The notes under the pieces: model-generated
The model's database searches: none
Seen by the model: only the letters and a program-made list of their open reading frames with translations
What the model was told of the DNA's origin: nothing
Part shown: in pieces, positions 59,788-64,000 of the stretch
Layout of the letters: each line of letters starts with the position of its first letter
Numbering within the stretch: position 1 is the first letter of the stretch
Made by a program: the position numbers and the translations under genes
NCBI GenBank assembly: GCA_964542315.1
Contig: CAZIUA010000003.1
Location: 3,679 to 67,678 of the forward strand
Direction of reading: 5' to 3'
Length of the DNA: 64,000 nucleotides
From: an uncultured Faecalibacterium sp.
Lineage (GTDB): Bacteria > Bacillota > Clostridia > Christensenellales > Aristaeellaceae

Positions 59788-62772
59788 ATGAAGCATATCC
59801 GAACGCTGCTGACGGCCGCTGTGCTGGTGCTGGCGCTGCTGCTGCCGACGCTGTGCGCCGCGCAGGAGGCTGCGGACAAGGTCTACGGCGTGTGCCTGGC
59901 GGATCAGGTGCGCCTGCGCAAACAGCCGAACACGGGCGCGAATATATGGTTCTATATCGATCGGGGGTTTGCGGCTGAGATCCTCGATGTGATCACGGAT
60001 GGCAGCGGCGATCCGACCTGGTATAAGGTCAACTCCGAACATCCTGTGCCCAATGGCCGCACCTATATCGGCTATGTCAGCGCGGCGTTTTTCCGCCCCA
60101 TGACGGAGCAGGAGACCGCGGATTACCTCGCCGGTCTGGGCGTGACCGTCCCGACCAAGGCGCCGGAAGCCACGGCGGAACCCGGCACCCCTGTGACGGG
60201 CATGAAGGGCGAGATCACGGCGGATGGCGTGGCGCTGCGCGATGGCGCGAGCACCGAATCCAACGTGCTGGCCCGCCTGAATGAGGGCACCGAGGTCGAG
60301 ATCCTCACCGTGCCGGATCAGATCGGCGCGAAGTATTGGTATTCCGTGCGCTATAACAGCCAGGTCGGCTATGTGCAGTCCAACTACATCCGTGTGACCA
60401 CGGGCGGCAGCGATACGCCCACCGCCGTGCCGACGGCGACCGCGACGCAGATGGCCACCGGCATGATCACCGCGGATGGCGTGAACTTCCGCGTCGGCCC
60501 CGGCGAAGAGTATGGCTCCATGGGCAAGCTCAACAGCCAGACCGTGGTGGAGCTGCTGACCATTCCGGATACCATCGATGCGAATCACTGGTATCTGGTG
60601 CGCTATAACGGTCAGCGCGGCTACATCCAGGCGCCGTACATCCGCGTGCTGACCCTGGGCGCGGATGCGCTGCCGGATGCAGGCGTGTACGGCTATGCGG
60701 AACTGACGCAGTCCTCCGCGAACCTGCGCGATGTCCCCGGCGGCAGCACGAAGGTGCAGTGGACGGGCAAGGGCTCCCGCCTGCGCATCACCGGCGAAGC
60801 GGTGAAGAAGGGCTCCTTTGAGTGGTATCCCGTGTATTACGAAGCCACCGCGACCATCTACTATGTCCGCGGCGACCTGATCACGGTGGTGGACCGCAAC
60901 ACCAGCACCGTCGTGACGCCCACCCCTGCGCCCCAGAGCCAATACGGCTATGTCATCACCACCACCTATGGCGTGAACCTGCGCATCCAGCCCGGCGGAG
61001 AGAGCGTGGATCAGATCCCGCGCAACACCATCCTGGCCTGTGTGGGTCAGCCCGTGTCCCCTAAGGACAGCGGCACCAGCTACACCTGGTATTATGTCCG
61101 CTATAACGGCATGTACGGCTATCTGCGCGGCGACTGCGTCCGCGTGTGCACCGCGACCGGCGGTGAAATGGCCGCAACGCCCACCCCGGCGCCGGAACAG
61201 ACGCCCTCTGTGACGACCGTCGGCTATATCAAGCTCATCAAGGGCGGCGTGAACCTGCGCGCCACGCCCCAGGGCACCTCGAAGGTGCAGCTCCAGCGCG
61301 GCCTGATCCTCCCCGTGGTGGGCGATATCGTCCCGGCGGGCAAGGCCGGCAAGTATTGCTGGTATCCCGTGCGCACGGCGGACGGCATGACCGGCTACAT
61401 CCGCGGCGATTGCGCCATGTGGTGCGATGCCAACGGCAACGAAGTGGCGGCGACGCCCAAGCCTACCTCCGGCACCAATGTGACGACGCCTACCCCCACG
61501 CCCACGCCGGCGGACACGCTGTCCTCCTACGTCAGAATCACCGCCAATGCGGTCAACCTGCGCCAGAGCTATTCGACGGATTCCGAGCGGCTCTATCAGG
61601 TCAGCAAGAACACGGTGATGCCCTGCAGCGGCTATAAGGATCAGGGTTCCGTCCGCTGGTATTGCGTGGTCTACAACCATGAAGAGGTGTGGGTGCATGG
61701 CAGCTACGCCAAGGTGATGACCGCGGCGGAATACCAGTCCTGGCTGGCCTCCAACCCCGGCAAGGAACCCGATGTCACCGCCAACCTCGGCTACCTCAAG
61801 CTGGTGAAGGACAAGGTGTACATCCGCAATGCGGCCAATGGCTCTGCCACCATCGATCAGCTGGCCAAGGGCACGGTCATCCGCTATTATTCCGAGAAGA
61901 TCGCCGCTGGCAACTATGACTGGTACCGCGTGCTGACCCCGAATGGTCAGTTTGGCTACATCCGCGCGGATATGGTCGAGCTTTGCGACCAGTACGGCAA
62001 TGCCCTGCCGGAGAATACGCCCATCATCGGCGGTAACACCAGCAGCGCACCCGACAGCCAGCAGGAGACCTCCTACAGCCAGCTCAGCCTGGGCAGCACC
62101 GGCGAAAAGGTCGCCAACCTCGTCGCTGAGCTGATCAACCAGGGCTATTACACCGGCGCGCAGACCAGCACCTACACCAGCGCGGTGCAGGCGGCTGTCA
62201 AGGCGTTCCAGGCGACCAAGGGCCTGACGGTGGACGGCATCGCCGGCAGCGCGACCCAGCATGCGCTCTTCGGCACCAAGCCCATTGGCTCCGGCAACAC
62301 CAGCAACCTGGATTTCGCCATCTATCCGGTTGAGAAGATCGACTGGTACACCGGCGGCATCCAGCAGATGATCCCGCGCGGCTCGAACTTCAAGGTCTAC
62401 GACGTGAAGACGGGCATCGTCTGGTGGGCGCACCGCTGGGCAGGCAGCGATCACGCTGATATCGAGACCCTCACCGCGGCGGATTCCGCGCGCCTGTGCG
62501 AGATCTACGGTGTGAAGAACCTGCAGGAGGTCGTGGACAAGAACCTCTGGCAGCGTCGCCCCTGCCTGGTGACCATCGGCACGCGTACCTTCGCCTGCTC
62601 GCTGGACGGCATGCAGCACGGCACCGATACCATCCCCAACAATGGCATGGACGGTCAGATCTGCTTGCACTTCACCAACTCCAAGGGACATGCGTCCCAG
62701 GCGGTCAGCTCCTCTCATAAGGAAGCGATCGAATACGCCTACAACAACTGCCCTGCGGGACAGAAAAAGTAA
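59788..62772 (+). CDS. secreted protein with eight SH3b-like repeats, a peptidoglycan-binding (PG_binding_1) domain and a C-terminal domain of unknown function
   Basis: Signal peptide. Repeats of the form G-[YM]-[IV]...VN[LF]R...WY.V.YNG..GY[IL]... occur eight times. Contains LGSTGEKVANLVAELINQGYY...KGLTVDGIAGSATQHALFG. GAGGTG lies 6 nt before the ATG at 59788. Confidence 0.75.
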   Translation: MKHIRTLLTAAVLVLALLLPTLCAAQEAADKVYGVCLADQVRLRKQPNTGANIWFYIDRGFAAEILDVITDGSGDPTWYKVNSEHPVPNGRTYIGYVSAAFFRPMTEQETADYLAGLGVTVPTKAPEATAEPGTPVTGMKGEITADGVALRDGASTESNVLARLNEGTEVEILTVPDQIGAKYWYSVRYNSQVGYVQSNYIRVTTGGSDTPTAVPTATATQMATGMITADGVNFRVGPGEEYGSMGKLNSQTVVELLTIPDTIDANHWYLVRYNGQRGYIQAPYIRVLTLGADALPDAGVYGYAELTQSSANLRDVPGGSTKVQWTGKGSRLRITGEAVKKGSFEWYPVYYEATATIYYVRGDLITVVDRNTSTVVTPTPAPQSQYGYVITTTYGVNLRIQPGGESVDQIPRNTILACVGQPVSPKDSGTSYTWYYVRYNGMYGYLRGDCVRVCTATGGEMAATPTPAPEQTPSVTTVGYIKLIKGGVNLRATPQGTSKVQLQRGLILPVVGDIVPAGKAGKYCWYPVRTADGMTGYIRGDCAMWCDANGNEVAATPKPTSGTNVTTPTPTPTPADTLSSYVRITANAVNLRQSYSTDSERLYQVSKNTVMPCSGYKDQGSVRWYCVVYNHEEVWVHGSYAKVMTAAEYQSWLASNPGKEPDVTANLGYLKLVKDKVYIRNAANGSATIDQLAKGTVIRYYSEKIAAGNYDWYRVLTPNGQFGYIRADMVELCDQYGNALPENTPIIGGNTSSAPDSQQETSYSQLSLGSTGEKVANLVAELINQGYYTGAQTSTYTSAVQAAVKAFQATKGLTVDGIAGSATQHALFGTKPIGSGNTSNLDFAIYPVEKIDWYTGGIQQMIPRGSNFKVYDVKTGIVWWAHRWAGSDHADIETLTAADSARLCEIYGVKNLQEVVDKNLWQRRPCLVTIGTRTFACSLDGMQHGTDTIPNNGMDGQICLHFTNSKGHASQAVSSSHKEAIEYAYNNCPAGQKK

Positions 62773-62783
62773 CAGCAACGCAC

Positions 62784-62818
62784 GAGGCCGCATCCGGAAG
62801 GATGCGGCCTCTCTTGTC
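62784..62818 (+). terminator. hairpin terminator
   Basis: 12-bp stem GAGGCCGCATCC/GGATGCGGCCTC with a weak T-tract. Confidence 0.6.
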
Positions 62819-62840
62819 TGCGGCTGCTGTTCTGCCATGC

Positions 62841-62872
62841 AAAAAGGCCACCCCGTGTCGTACGGAGTGGCC
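62841..62872 (-). terminator. rho-independent terminator of the Big_2 gene
   Basis: GGCCAC...GTGGCC stem, with the T-run on the minus strand (AAAAA on plus). Confidence 0.6.
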
Positions 62873-62888
62873 TTGCTTCATCGTGGGA

Positions 62889-64000
62889 TCATTCGCCCAG
62901 CACTTTCACCTTCCAGGTCTTTTCCACCTGGTTGGCGCGCTTGATGGTCACGCGGTCGCCATCGGCGGTCTGATAGCCGGTGATGCGCATCTTCACCATG
63001 CCGATGCTGCCTGGGCGGTTGAATTCGCCGCCGAAGGAGAAGCGGCCGTGGCGCGTGGCGGCGCCAGGGGCCAGGGTGTAGGAGTAGGAGCCCTCGAAGT
63101 CGTTGGAGCGACCGTCGTCATTGCAGACGACCGGCTTGCCCCATGCGTCGTAGGTCTCGATGACGAAGTAGAACTTGGTGATGGTCAGGTTGGAGGCGTT
63201 GTACACCTGGATGCGGATGACATTGTCGTCCTCCACATAGAGGTTGGAGATGGTCAGGGGTTTGTTGGCGTCGCCGACCTTGACCTTGAAGGTCGTGACG
63301 TAGGAGCCGTCCTCCGTGACGCCGATGATGGTCGTTTCGCCCCAGTTGCGTCCGGTGACGGTGGCTTTCTTGCCCGTGCCGGCGACGGTGGCAATGGTGG
63401 CATCCTCGGTGTACCAGGTCATGTTGGTGATGGAGGCATTATCCGGGTAGAAGATGGCGCTGTTGGTGGTCTTGCTGCCCACGCCGACGGTGCATTCCTC
63501 ATACTTGATGCTCACGCCTTCCACCGCCTGGGTGACCTGCACCTTGATGGTGGCCTTCTGGCCGGAGCCGTCATTGGCGGTGGCGTAGACATAGCATTCG
63601 CCGCGCTTGAGGCCGGTGACGGTGCCATCCTGGCTGACGCTGACGATCTCAGTCTTGTTGGTGGAGAAGGTGACGGACGTGTCCGTTGCGGTGGACGGCG
63701 TGACCGTCCAGGACAGGCGGATGCTCTCACCCACGGCGACGTAGGGGTTCTTGTCGTTGAAGGCGACCTTCTGCACGGGCTGATAGACGCGGACGATGGC
63801 CTGCGCGTACACCTGGGGATGGGTCTTGCTCCGGCAGGTGACGATGGCCGTGCCCGCATTGACCGCCGTGACGCGTCCCTCATAGTTGACCTTGACCACC
63901 GACGTGTCGGAGGAAAGCCATTCCACGCTCTTGTCATTGGTCGTGTCGGGGGACACCGTCGGCCACAGGGTGATGTAATTGCCCGCCTTGATGGAGTATT
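62889..64000 (-). CDS. C-terminal part of a cell-surface protein with bacterial Ig-like (Big_2) repeats (5' end outside the window)
   Basis: Repeats of ...SSDTSVVKVNYEGRVTAVNAGTAIVT..., ...EIVSVSQDGTVTGLKRGECYVYA... and ...ATIATVAGTGKKATVTGRNWGETTI.... The frame stays open to the right edge. Confidence 0.7.
   Translation of the reverse strand, partial: YSIKAGNYITLWPTVSPDTTNDKSVEWLSSDTSVVKVNYEGRVTAVNAGTAIVTCRSKTHPQVYAQAIVRVYQPVQKVAFNDKNPYVAVGESIRLSWTVTPSTATDTSVTFSTNKTEIVSVSQDGTVTGLKRGECYVYATANDGSGQKATIKVQVTQAVEGVSIKYEECTVGVGSKTTNSAIFYPDNASITNMTWYTEDATIATVAGTGKKATVTGRNWGETTIIGVTEDGSYVTTFKVKVGDANKPLTISNLYVEDDNVIRIQVYNASNLTITKFYFVIETYDAWGKPVVCNDDGRSNDFEGSYSYTLAPGAATRHGRFSFGGEFNRPGSIGMVKMRITGYQTADGDRVTIKRANQVEKTWKVKVLGE

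Overview
GC-rich (by eye) chromosomal segment that looks like a Clostridia / Oscillospirales-type Firmicute; the taxon is a guess from gene content, GGAGG ribosome-binding sites and TTGACA-17-TATAAT promoters. I call about 52 protein-coding genes, 2 tRNAs and one stand-alone 5S rRNA. I found no transposase or integrase gene, no prophage genes and no CRISPR array. All family names come from motifs read in the supplied translations, since no search could be run.

Left to right:
- GH38-like gene tail, purC, and a DUF1836 regulator-like gene.
- A tightly packed operon of about 14.5 kb and 9 genes (3.0-17.5 kb). It holds a GH26 mannanase with a carbohydrate-binding module (CBM), a 1003-aa lipoprotein fusing two CBM-like modules to a substrate-binding protein (SBP), and two separate ABC permease pairs. 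Between the pairs sit an NHL/TPR protein, a Yip1 protein and a DUF5696 protein. The operon has no ATPase and no regulator.
- A hydroxyacid dehydrogenase / DUF3783 / pectinesterase unit.
- A marR-MATE operon with a clear direct-repeat operator.
- Several small secreted proteins of unknown function.
- A split YeeE-like membrane pair, an MFS transporter, a Myb-like repeat protein, CinA/PncC, an M48 peptidase and glyQS.
- A non-canonical Dlt-like surface-acylation operon: carrier protein, adenylase, large MBOAT, DltD-like protein and a second adenylase.
- GH43 and GH35.
- An ABC importer on the minus strand, then tRNA-Arg(CCG).
- A coiled-coil membrane protein, followed by a stalked FMN-binding protein with a flavinylation motif and a 16 x 15-nt coding repeat.
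- An oxidoreductase / GDE-like operon and ilvE.
- An orphan unit of promoter, 5S rRNA, tRNA-Asn and terminator.
- An M16C peptidase, an 8 x SH3b peptidoglycan-binding protein, and a partial Big_2 protein.

Three families of structured intergenic repeats recur. One shows compensatory hairpin substitutions. One forms a 188-bp inverted pair bracketing 16.5 kb.

The best candidates for undescribed biology are the NHL-Yip1-DUF5696 module inside the double-permease operon and the two-adenylase Dlt-like operon. Many very long ORFs in the track are antisense shadows of real genes and were rejected.
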